Shown here piece by piece: positions 1-6,991 of a stretch of DNA of 11,994 bases. The stretch comes from Thermovirgaceae bacterium. GTDB taxonomy: Bacteria; Synergistota; Synergistia; Synergistales; Thermovirgaceae. Location of the stretch: assembly GCA_046542505.1 (NCBI GenBank), contig JBKHBH010000066.1, positions 1-11,994 on the forward strand. Reading direction: 5' to 3'. Below the pieces are notes generated by a model that did not search any database, was not told the origin of the DNA, and saw only the letters and a list, made by a program, of their open reading frames with translations. How positions within the stretch are numbered: the stretch's first letter is position 1; every line of letters begins with the position of its first letter. The position numbers were made by a program, and so were the translations under genes.

Positions 1-851
1 ATCAAAAGCGCATTGGCTACCCCGTGACCGATACCAAACAGTGCGCCAAGGGGATATGACAGGGCGTGGCAGGCCCCGACCCCCGCATTCGCCAAAGCAA
101 CTCCGCCGTACAGGGCGGCCAGCATCATTTCGCTTCTGGCCTCGAGGTCGCGTCCGTTTTGCGTCGCCACCCTGATCCATCTGCCGATACGAACCATCCC
201 TTCTTGGGCAAACATGTCGCTGAAGGGCGAAGCCTGCCGGCTGGTATAGGCTTCCAGCGCGTGGGTCAAGGCGTCCATCCCTGTGGCTGCGGTAACCCTC
301 GGCGGCATGGTAACCGTCAGCTCGGGGTCCAAAATACTGAAGTCGGGAAAAAGTTTCTCGTCGTTGATGCCGCCCTTGAAACCATCGCTCTTGCGGATCA
401 AAACGGAAGTGAAAGTCACTTCGGAACCCGTCCCCGCCGTGGTGGGAATCATGATCGTGGCGACCCCCGCCTTTTCCACCAGCCCAAGCCCCTGGTACCT
501 CGCCGCGGACCCTTCATTCGTCACGAGGATTCCCACGGCCTTGGCCACGTCCATCGAGCTTCCGCCGCCGAGACCCACGACAAGGTCGCATCCCTTTTCC
601 CTGGCAAGCTCCGCCGCGGCATCGGTTGTCTCGACCGATGGTTCCGGTTCTACATCGGAATAAACCCATGTCTCAAGCCCTGCGTCGGCAAGGACCTTCT
701 TGACCCGTCCCGCAGTTTTCATTTCATTGAGCACGGGATCCGTCACCACGAGGGCGCGGCTTCCACCGGCCTTTTTCGCAGTTTTTCCCAGCTCGTCAAC
801 GGCCCCGCACCCGAAACGGATCCGTCCGGCCATAAACATTTCAAAAGCCAT
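1..851 (-). CDS. Iron-containing (group III) alcohol dehydrogenase, 3'-truncated by window edge; possible KdnB-like Kdo 8-oxidase
   Basis: Not in the ORF track because there is no stop in the window. Manual translation from ATG 851 gives 283 open codons: MAFEMFMAGRIRFGCGAVDELGK...VEPEPS...VVGLGGGSSMDVAKAV...IPTTAGTGSEVT...LDPELT...TGMDALTHALEAY...NAGVGACHALSYPLG...GHGVANALL. It contains the GGGSxxD and PTTAGTGSE NAD(P)-binding motifs and the D/H/H/H metal ligands. An SD-like AGGGAG lies upstream. An alternative in-frame GTG at 860 overlaps the waaA stop. Confidence 0.93.
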   Translation of the reverse strand, partial: MAFEMFMAGRIRFGCGAVDELGKTAKKAGGSRALVVTDPVLNEMKTAGRVKKVLADAGLETWVYSDVEPEPSVETTDAAAELAREKGCDLVVGLGGGSSMDVAKAVGILVTNEGSAARYQGLGLVEKAGVATIMIPTTAGTGSEVTFTSVLIRKSDGFKGGINDEKLFPDFSILDPELTVTMPPRVTAATGMDALTHALEAYTSRQASPFSDMFAQEGMVRIGRWIRVATQNGRDLEARSEMMLAALYGGVALANAGVGACHALSYPLGALFGIGHGVANALL

Positions 852-856
852 CTCAT

Positions 857-2104
857 TCACTCCCTGTCTGGCAAAGTCTGCCTGATTATTTCCCACGACC
901 GGGCGGCGGAACCTCCCAGTTCCTCTACGTACCGCTTCGCGCCCGAACCTCTTTCTTCTGCATTTTCGTCATCCAGTATATCAATCCAGCTTTTCGCAAG
1001 TTCTTCCGCCGAGGTCACCTGTTCGGCCGCGTTCCGCTGACGGAGTTCCTTCACCGCGACGGAAAAATCCTCCATATGAGGCCCGTGCTGCACTGGAACC
1101 CCCCAGACCGCAGCCTCGAGGACATTCTGGCCGCCCTTCGGCACGAGACTGCCTCCGATGAAGGCGGCTTTCGAAAGGGCATACAGGTCGAAGAGGACTC
1201 CCAGCTCGTCTACCACCAGGATCTCCCAGTCCCCCCGAAGCTTCGACAGAAGAACCGCCGCGCCGCTCATTTTCCGGGCCTTCTCAGCCACATGCGGGGC
1301 CCGTTCCGGGTGACGGGGAACGATTACGAGCCTGGCCCTCCTGCCCGATTGACGAAGAACCTTGTATGCTTCGAGGACAATCTTCTCCTCACCTTCATGG
1401 GTGCTTCCCGCGAGCAACACGGGAAGTCCCGATCCGTTAAGCCTGGCCCTGAGACCTTCGGGGTCCGCCGCCTTCCTGCGCGCAAGCAGGGCATCCACCT
1501 TGCAGTCTCCCGTCACCGCCACCTTGTCGCCCGGAAGCCCAAGCTCCCTGAGCCTGGAGGCATCTTCATCGCTCCGGACAATAATTTTCCGGAAACACCC
1601 CAGGACATCTTTCCAGAAATCACGATCACGCAGAGCTTTTCTGAAAGACCGCTCGGAAAACCTGCCGTTGGCGATGTAGGCGGGGACTCCTTCTCGGGAA
1701 AGCCTCGCAAGCAACCCGGGCCATATTTCTGTCTCCACGGTAATGTAGGCCGAAGGGTAAATCCTTCTGAAAGCCCGGGACACCACCCAGGGAGCGTCCC
1801 AGGGATAATAGGCCATTGCATCAGCATCAGCACCGACAAGCTTCTCCGCCATGGTTCTTCCCGTCGGCGTTATTGTGGTCAGAAACAATCCGCTTTTCCA
1901 GTCCTTCTTGATTTCTCTCACCAACGGGAAAGCGGCCTGGACCTCTCCCACGGACACGGCATGCACCCACAGCGGCCGCCCGGGCTTGTCCCTGAGTCCG
2001 GCCATATCAGATGGGGAATACAGGCCCATCCTCTGCCGGAACCCACTGCGGTACCGGACGGCCAGGTACGGGAAAGCCGCCACGTAGAAGACGCTTGTCA
2101 GCAA
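857..2104 (-). CDS. waaA: 3-deoxy-D-manno-octulosonic acid (Kdo) transferase
   Basis: N-terminal hydrophobic anchor plus motifs WVHAVSVGE, ETEIWP, NGRFSERS, AGSTHEGEE, VPRHPER, GGSLVPKGGQNVLE and GPHMEDF; adjacent to the kds genes. Start is uncertain (TTG 2104 or CTG 2125). Confidence 0.95.
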   Translation of the reverse strand: MLTSVFYVAAFPYLAVRYRSGFRQRMGLYSPSDMAGLRDKPGRPLWVHAVSVGEVQAAFPLVREIKKDWKSGLFLTTITPTGRTMAEKLVGADADAMAYYPWDAPWVVSRAFRRIYPSAYITVETEIWPGLLARLSREGVPAYIANGRFSERSFRKALRDRDFWKDVLGCFRKIIVRSDEDASRLRELGLPGDKVAVTGDCKVDALLARRKAADPEGLRARLNGSGLPVLLAGSTHEGEEKIVLEAYKVLRQSGRRARLVIVPRHPERAPHVAEKARKMSGAAVLLSKLRGDWEILVVDELGVLFDLYALSKAAFIGGSLVPKGGQNVLEAAVWGVPVQHGPHMEDFSVAVKELRQRNAAEQVTSAEELAKSWIDILDDENAEERGSGAKRYVEELGGSAARSWEIIRQTLPDRE

Positions 2105-2126
2105 GCCGTATACCTTTCTGTTCAGC

Positions 2127-3134
2127 CTAGGCCACCCCGGCTTTCAGCAGTTCGTGGATGTGTACGATACCGGACAGTCTGCCCTCTTCTTCGACGAGCA
2201 GACAGGAAATTTCCTTTTCCTCCATGATGTGTATCGCCTCGGCGGCGAGTTTTTCTGCGGCGATGGTCAAAGGATTCGGGCTCATGACTTCGGCAATGGG
2301 AAGGTCGAGTCCTTTCACTCCCCTGTCCTCCAGAAGCCGCCTGAGGTCGCCGTCGGTGAAAATGCCCCTGATCCCTTCCTTTTCGTCGACAATGGCCGTC
2401 GCTCCGTAGCCCTTGCTGGTTATCTCGAAAAGAGCCTCACGGACGCCGGCGCCAAAACCCACCCGCGGGACCCTGTCACCCGTTCCCATCACATCCCGAA
2501 TCCGTAAAAGGAGTCTTTTCCCCAGGCTCCCTCCCGGGTGGAACAGGGCGAAATCCTCCTTGTGAAGGCCCCTGAGATCCGTCACCATGCATGCCAGGGC
2601 ATCTCCCACGGCGAGCTGCAGCGTCGTGCTCGTGGTTGGTGCGAGACCCAGGGGATCCGCTTCCTGGTCTACACCTGTATTGATAAAAAGATCGGCTTCT
2701 TTCGCAAGGCGCGAGGAGGGATCTCCGGCCATGGCGATGACGGGTGCCCCGATCCTCCGGAAGAAAGGCAGCACCTCGATGACCTCCCTGGTCTTGCCGC
2801 TATTGGAGATAAAAATCCCTACATCGTCCCTACAGACCATTCCAAGGTCTCCGTGAGAGGCTTCGGCGGCATGCAGAAAAAAGGAGGGCGTTCCCAAAGA
2901 CGCCAAGGTCGCTGCAATCTTCCGTCCGATGAGCCCGGACTTGCCCATTCCCACGATGACGACGCGGCCTTTGCAGGCGTGGACCAGCCGTGCGGCTTCA
3001 ACGATTTCGTCCCCGAGCCTTTCCGCGGCCTTGACAAGCTCCCGGGCCTCCATTTTGAGAATCCGTTTTCCTGTCTCAAGCAGGTGCTCGTCCTGGACGT
3101 CCCGACTCTGGCGTTCCCTCGGAAGACAAAACAT
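2127..3134 (-). CDS. kdsD: Arabinose-5-phosphate isomerase, KpsF/GutQ family (SIS + 2 CBS domains)
   Basis: GMGKSGLIGRKIAATLASLGTP, HAAEASHGDLG, SNSGKT, LAPTTST and FHPGGSLG motifs; C-terminal CBS pair (GIFTDGDLRR, GIVHIHELL). ATG overlaps the kdsA stop (TGATG). Confidence 0.95.
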   Translation of the reverse strand: MFCLPRERQSRDVQDEHLLETGKRILKMEARELVKAAERLGDEIVEAARLVHACKGRVVIVGMGKSGLIGRKIAATLASLGTPSFFLHAAEASHGDLGMVCRDDVGIFISNSGKTREVIEVLPFFRRIGAPVIAMAGDPSSRLAKEADLFINTGVDQEADPLGLAPTTSTTLQLAVGDALACMVTDLRGLHKEDFALFHPGGSLGKRLLLRIRDVMGTGDRVPRVGFGAGVREALFEITSKGYGATAIVDEKEGIRGIFTDGDLRRLLEDRGVKGLDLPIAEVMSPNPLTIAAEKLAAEAIHIMEEKEISCLLVEEEGRLSGIVHIHELLKAGVA

Positions 3135-3988
3135 CAGCGGACCTCCTCGTCGGGAAGCATGACGAAGCCGACGGACCTGGCCGTCTCGTGTACTGCGGCC
3201 ACCTGCTTGAGGAGGCGGCCGAGTTCGTTCAGCGGGACCATGTTGGGACCGTCGCTTTTCGCCTTTTCGGGTTCCGGATGTGTTTCCAGGAAAAGGGCAT
3301 CTATCCCGACCGCCGCGGCCGCTCTCGCCAGGGGGAGCACAAACCGGCGGTCGCCCCCGCTTTTCGCCCCCTGACCGCCCGGCATCTGGACGCTGTGAGT
3401 CGCATCAAACATGACGGGGTACCCCAGGCCACGCATGAGAGGCAAGGATCGCATGTCCACCACGAGCTGGCCGTAGCCGAAAGTGGTGCCCCGCTCGCAG
3501 AGGAGGACCTTGGTGTTTCCGGCTTCCCGACATTTTCCGGCCGCCTGGGCCATGTCCTTCGCCGCCAGAAACTGGCCCTTCTTGATGTTAATCACTCGTC
3601 CCGTTTGGGCGGCCGCAACCAGAAGATCCGTCTGCCGGCACAAAAAGGCCGGAATCTGGAGTACGTCAGCCACCTCCGCCACCGGGGCCGCCTGCCATGG
3701 CTCATGGATGTCGGTCAGTACCGGACATCCCGTCTTTTCCTTGACTTCGGCAAGCCATCCCAGTCCCTTTTCGAGACCTGGCCCCCTGTAGCTGTGTATG
3801 GACGTCCTGTTGGCCTTGTCGAAAGAGGATTTGAAGACATACCCGAGCCCCAGGGTCTTGCAGGCCGTTTTCGCCTTTGCGGCGACCTCGAGGGCAAGGT
3901 CGAGGCTTTCGAGAACGCACGGTCCGGAAACGACCGTTAACCTCCCATCGCCTATCACCATATCGTTCACGGCAAAAGTTCTGCTCAT
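3134..3988 (-). CDS. kdsA: Kdo-8-phosphate synthase, metal-dependent class
   Basis: [55 protein letters not shown] and ETHPEP...SDG motifs. ATGA overlap with the kdsB stop. Confidence 0.97.
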   Translation of the reverse strand: MSRTFAVNDMVIGDGRLTVVSGPCVLESLDLALEVAAKAKTACKTLGLGYVFKSSFDKANRTSIHSYRGPGLEKGLGWLAEVKEKTGCPVLTDIHEPWQAAPVAEVADVLQIPAFLCRQTDLLVAAAQTGRVINIKKGQFLAAKDMAQAAGKCREAGNTKVLLCERGTTFGYGQLVVDMRSLPLMRGLGYPVMFDATHSVQMPGGQGAKSGGDRRFVLPLARAAAAVGIDALFLETHPEPEKAKSDGPNMVPLNELGRLLKQVAAVHETARSVGFVMLPDEEVR

Positions 3989-4725
3989 CCTATATCATCT
4001 CCATGTTCCCGGAGCCAGGCTTCAAGACGAGCCACATCCTCCGGCGTATCTATTTCTATTGTATCCCGCACGGCTTCCACGCATCTGATCCGCACGCCCC
4101 TTTCCAGGGCCCTCAGCATTTCAAGGCTCTCGATCTTCTCAAGGGGCGTCTGTTCCCATCGGGCAAAGTCAAGCAGTATGTCTCTTCTATAGGCATAAGG
4201 CCCGATATGCTTGTAGTAGACCGCCCCGGGATTCCTTGGGTAAGGAATCGCAGACCGGCTGAAATACAGGGCCCTCTTGTCGCCATCAAAAACCATTTTC
4301 ACGATGTTGGAATCGGTAATCTCCGACTGGTCTTGTATCTCCTTCGCCAGAACGGCCAGACCGCATTCGCTGTCGGATTCCAGGCTTTCGATCAAAGGAT
4401 CAATCATATCGGGCCCTACCAATGGATCATCGACCTGAATATTGAGAACGATGTCCGCTTCCGGAACACGGGCGGCCACCCAGGCAACGCGATCCCCGCC
4501 ACTCGGCAGGTCTTTGGGGGTCATAATGACCTCCGCTCCTGCGGTTTTGGCCGCACCAGCTATGGTTTCATTGTCAGTAGCAACGATTATACGGTCGACT
4601 TTTTCGCACTTCGCCGCCTGGCGAAAAACCCTGACCACCAGCGGCAGGCCCCCTGCCGAGACAAGGGGTTTGCCCGGCAACCGGGTACTGCCGTACCGGG
4701 CGGGAATCACTGCGAGAGTTCCCAT
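3985..4725 (-). CDS. kdsB: CMP-Kdo synthetase (3-deoxy-manno-octulosonate cytidylyltransferase), ~246 aa
   Basis: [33 protein letters not shown] and IDTPED motifs. Start moved from 4842 to ATG 4725 because a GGAGG lies at 4737-4741 and family similarity begins at [11 protein letters not shown]. Confidence 0.94.
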   Translation of the reverse strand: MGTLAVIPARYGSTRLPGKPLVSAGGLPLVVRVFRQAAKCEKVDRIIVATDNETIAGAAKTAGAEVIMTPKDLPSGGDRVAWVAARVPEADIVLNIQVDDPLVGPDMIDPLIESLESDSECGLAVLAKEIQDQSEITDSNIVKMVFDGDKRALYFSRSAIPYPRNPGAVYYKHIGPYAYRRDILLDFARWEQTPLEKIESLEMLRALERGVRIRCVEAVRDTIEIDTPEDVARLEAWLREHGDDIG

Positions 4726-4729
4726 GGCG

Positions 4730-6991
4730 TCAGCGGCCTCCTTTATTGTTTTCCCAATGTCGGGCCAATCTTTGCCAGACCCGTGTCCTGAGGTCCCACC
4801 CCAGTTCGGCGGCGGCGAACTGGACGACGCTGTCCAGGGCACCCGAGGGTCCCATTCTGGACCTGCCCGCTTTCGACATCAATCGTCTTTTTTCCGGCGT
4901 CTTCAAAATCTCTCTAGCTTCAGCCGCAAGAGACCAGGGTGAAGGTTCGACAAGACTTTCCGACTCTCCCAAAAGTTTTTTCTGCACAAGCTTCCCTTTT
5001 TCTAGAACCGAAACAACGGGGATTCCCAGGCCCGCGCAAATCTGGTTCGCCGTACCGCCCAGGCCCAGGACAACCTGTGCCCCGCGGGCGACCTCGGCCA
5101 CATCGTCCTCGGTCACCGGGATCTCCAAAACCCCGTTCTGGTGGATAATTTGTCCCGTTTCGGCAAAACGCCACTCGGGGCAGGATTCGAGAAGCCGGTG
5201 CCTGTCGAGTGTCGCCGCCACAACCATGGCGAAGGAAGCCTTCTCCCATTCCCAAAGCAGAACCGCGGCATCGAGCAGAAGCTTGATGTCGGCGTAGGCC
5301 CTTTCACGACTTCCCGGCAAAAGAAGGATCTTCGCAAAACCGGCTCCCCCTGCGAAATATTCCTTCTTATCCTTATTATCCCTGGCGAGGTCCATTATCG
5401 GATTGCCGGTATAGGCTGCATCCACACCACGCCGTATCATTTCGTCCCTGGTTTGGGCATCACGGGCCCAGACACGACGGCAGCGCCTTTTGAGAAGGGC
5501 ATGCTCAAGGCGCCAGTGCCCCTTGTGGAGCACTGTCTTTGCCGTCGCCACGAGCACAGGACACACTCCCTGTCCCCAGAGGGTGTGAAGCAGAAGATAC
5601 ACATCCCCGACGCAAAGCACGGTCCGTATCCGGCCACGCAAATGTTTCCAGGCGGCGGCCTGTATGGTGATCTGCCTCAAAAGACCGTGCCGAAGGTCTC
5701 TGAGAAGATCCCTCAGGCGATACTTGATCACGCCTTCACTGGGCGTGTCAGACGGCGGGGACACGACGGGGATCCGCCGTGCAGTGTAGGCCTTTCCGGC
5801 CCCCACCAGGGGAAACCCGCTGACATCCATACCCTGGAATCTTTGTTTCAGCTTTTCGGCAAGCATCACGCCGATCGCATCCTCACCGTATCCGTTCGAG
5901 GCTACCACGACTTTGGGCCTCAGGATCCCGGCAAGGCTCTCAAGAAACCTGTCCATTTCGTGCACGACCGTCTCGACAACGGGGACAAAAAGCGGAACCG
6001 GCGGTTTCCAGCCTTCGGGGAGATTGTATATATCCTTTTCGGTGCAAATGAGACAATCGGCACCCTTTTCCGTACAAGTTCGGAGGACATGCTCCATGTC
6101 ACGAACCGAATAGGCATGATGATCCCTGAACCTGACATGTTGCCGCGGTTTCACATCAAGGCTCTCAAGAAAGGCCTGGAAACTCTCCGGGTTTCCTACG
6201 GCCGAAAACGCGACAGGCTTCCCGTCGGGAGGAATGTTCTCCTCTTGCCACGTACCATCCCAGCGTGCCCACCCCTTCAGGGAGAGTCCCGCGGTAAAAA
6301 CGCGGTCCTCTTCGCAGAAAAGGGAAATCTCCTTCAGAATAGCCTCCCGCTTCTTTTGCGGGACTTGATCCGATTTGGTCACGACGACCATATGAGCCCT
6401 TTCGAGAGCTCTCGGTTTCTCCCTGAGCATGCCCAGGGGGAAGATGTATCCGTTGCCCCAGGGACAGGTGGCGTCCACAAGCACGATGTCTGCATCTCTT
6501 CCGAGTTTTCTGTGCTGGAAAGCGTCATCGGCGACGGCCACTTCGACCCCTTCGGCGGCAAGGCGCCTTATCCCCTCCACGCGTTCCGGTGAAACGCACA
6601 CCGGGCAGTCGGGCAACTTGCGGGAAAGAAGTGCCGCCTCGTCTCCGACGGCAGTCCTGTCAGGTTCATCCCCTCCCCGTACCAAAGAGGCTGTGCGCCC
6701 CTTTTTCCCGTACCCCCTGGAAACAACTCCCGCCCTGATGCCGGCCGAATCCAGAAGTCGAGCCAGCAACTCCACGAAAGGCGTCTTGTTCGTTCCCCCA
6801 TGGGTAAGATTGCCGACACTGATTACGGGAACGGAGGGCTCCAGAGTGAGCCGGATTCCGTGATCATAACAGGCGGTTCGAAGGAAAACGCCGGTGGAGA
6901 CGATCCATGATAACGGAGCAAGGGCATACCACACTGGAGAACTCTCTTCTCCGCGGATGAACCTGAGGTAGCTATCCAGAAGACTGTGCAT
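4730..6991 (-). CDS. lpxK: Fusion protein (~753 aa): N-terminal tetraacyldisaccharide 4'-kinase LpxK plus C-terminal lipid-A-disaccharide-synthase-related GT-B domain
   Basis: N-half (~5920-6991): PVISVGNLTHGGTNKTP, VVSRGYG, VGDEA, VADDAFQH, GNGYIFPLGMLRE, FRDHH and TEKD. C-half (~4730-5920): SNGYGED, FPLVGAG, VGDVY, TAKT, GNPIMD, LLLPGSR, GGTANQ, GLGIPV, QKKLLG and RMGPSGA. The frame is continuous across the junction. Start moved from 7114 to ATG 6991, which is preceded by GGAGGTG. Confidence 0.9.
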   Translation of the reverse strand: MHSLLDSYLRFIRGEESSPVWYALAPLSWIVSTGVFLRTACYDHGIRLTLEPSVPVISVGNLTHGGTNKTPFVELLARLLDSAGIRAGVVSRGYGKKGRTASLVRGGDEPDRTAVGDEAALLSRKLPDCPVCVSPERVEGIRRLAAEGVEVAVADDAFQHRKLGRDADIVLVDATCPWGNGYIFPLGMLREKPRALERAHMVVVTKSDQVPQKKREAILKEISLFCEEDRVFTAGLSLKGWARWDGTWQEENIPPDGKPVAFSAVGNPESFQAFLESLDVKPRQHVRFRDHHAYSVRDMEHVLRTCTEKGADCLICTEKDIYNLPEGWKPPVPLFVPVVETVVHEMDRFLESLAGILRPKVVVASNGYGEDAIGVMLAEKLKQRFQGMDVSGFPLVGAGKAYTARRIPVVSPPSDTPSEGVIKYRLRDLLRDLRHGLLRQITIQAAAWKHLRGRIRTVLCVGDVYLLLHTLWGQGVCPVLVATAKTVLHKGHWRLEHALLKRRCRRVWARDAQTRDEMIRRGVDAAYTGNPIMDLARDNKDKKEYFAGGAGFAKILLLPGSRERAYADIKLLLDAAVLLWEWEKASFAMVVAATLDRHRLLESCPEWRFAETGQIIHQNGVLEIPVTEDDVAEVARGAQVVLGLGGTANQICAGLGIPVVSVLEKGKLVQKKLLGESESLVEPSPWSLAAEAREILKTPEKRRLMSKAGRSRMGPSGALDSVVQFAAAELGWDLRTRVWQRLARHWENNKGGR
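4737..4744 (-). promoter_or_regulatory. Shine-Dalgarno site (AAAGGAGG) for kdsB, inside the lpxK fusion 3' end
   Basis: Minus strand reads AAAGGAGGccgctgacgccATG, with ATG at 4725. Confidence 0.7.

Noticed and set aside
66..1040. 324-aa + strand ORF
   Set aside because: Antisense shadow of the Fe-ADH and the waaA end. It has no recognisable motifs, while the minus frame carries a full Fe-ADH motif set.
4726..4842. 39-aa N-terminal extension of KdsB in the ORF track
   Set aside because: Overlaps the lpxK fusion 3' end, has no family similarity, and a good SD precedes ATG 4725.
5880..5960. Possibility that the LpxK fusion is two genes joined by a frameshift or readthrough error
   Set aside because: The junction is in frame with no stop, slippery run or convincing SD plus start before the second domain. 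It cannot be fully excluded without reads or orthologues.
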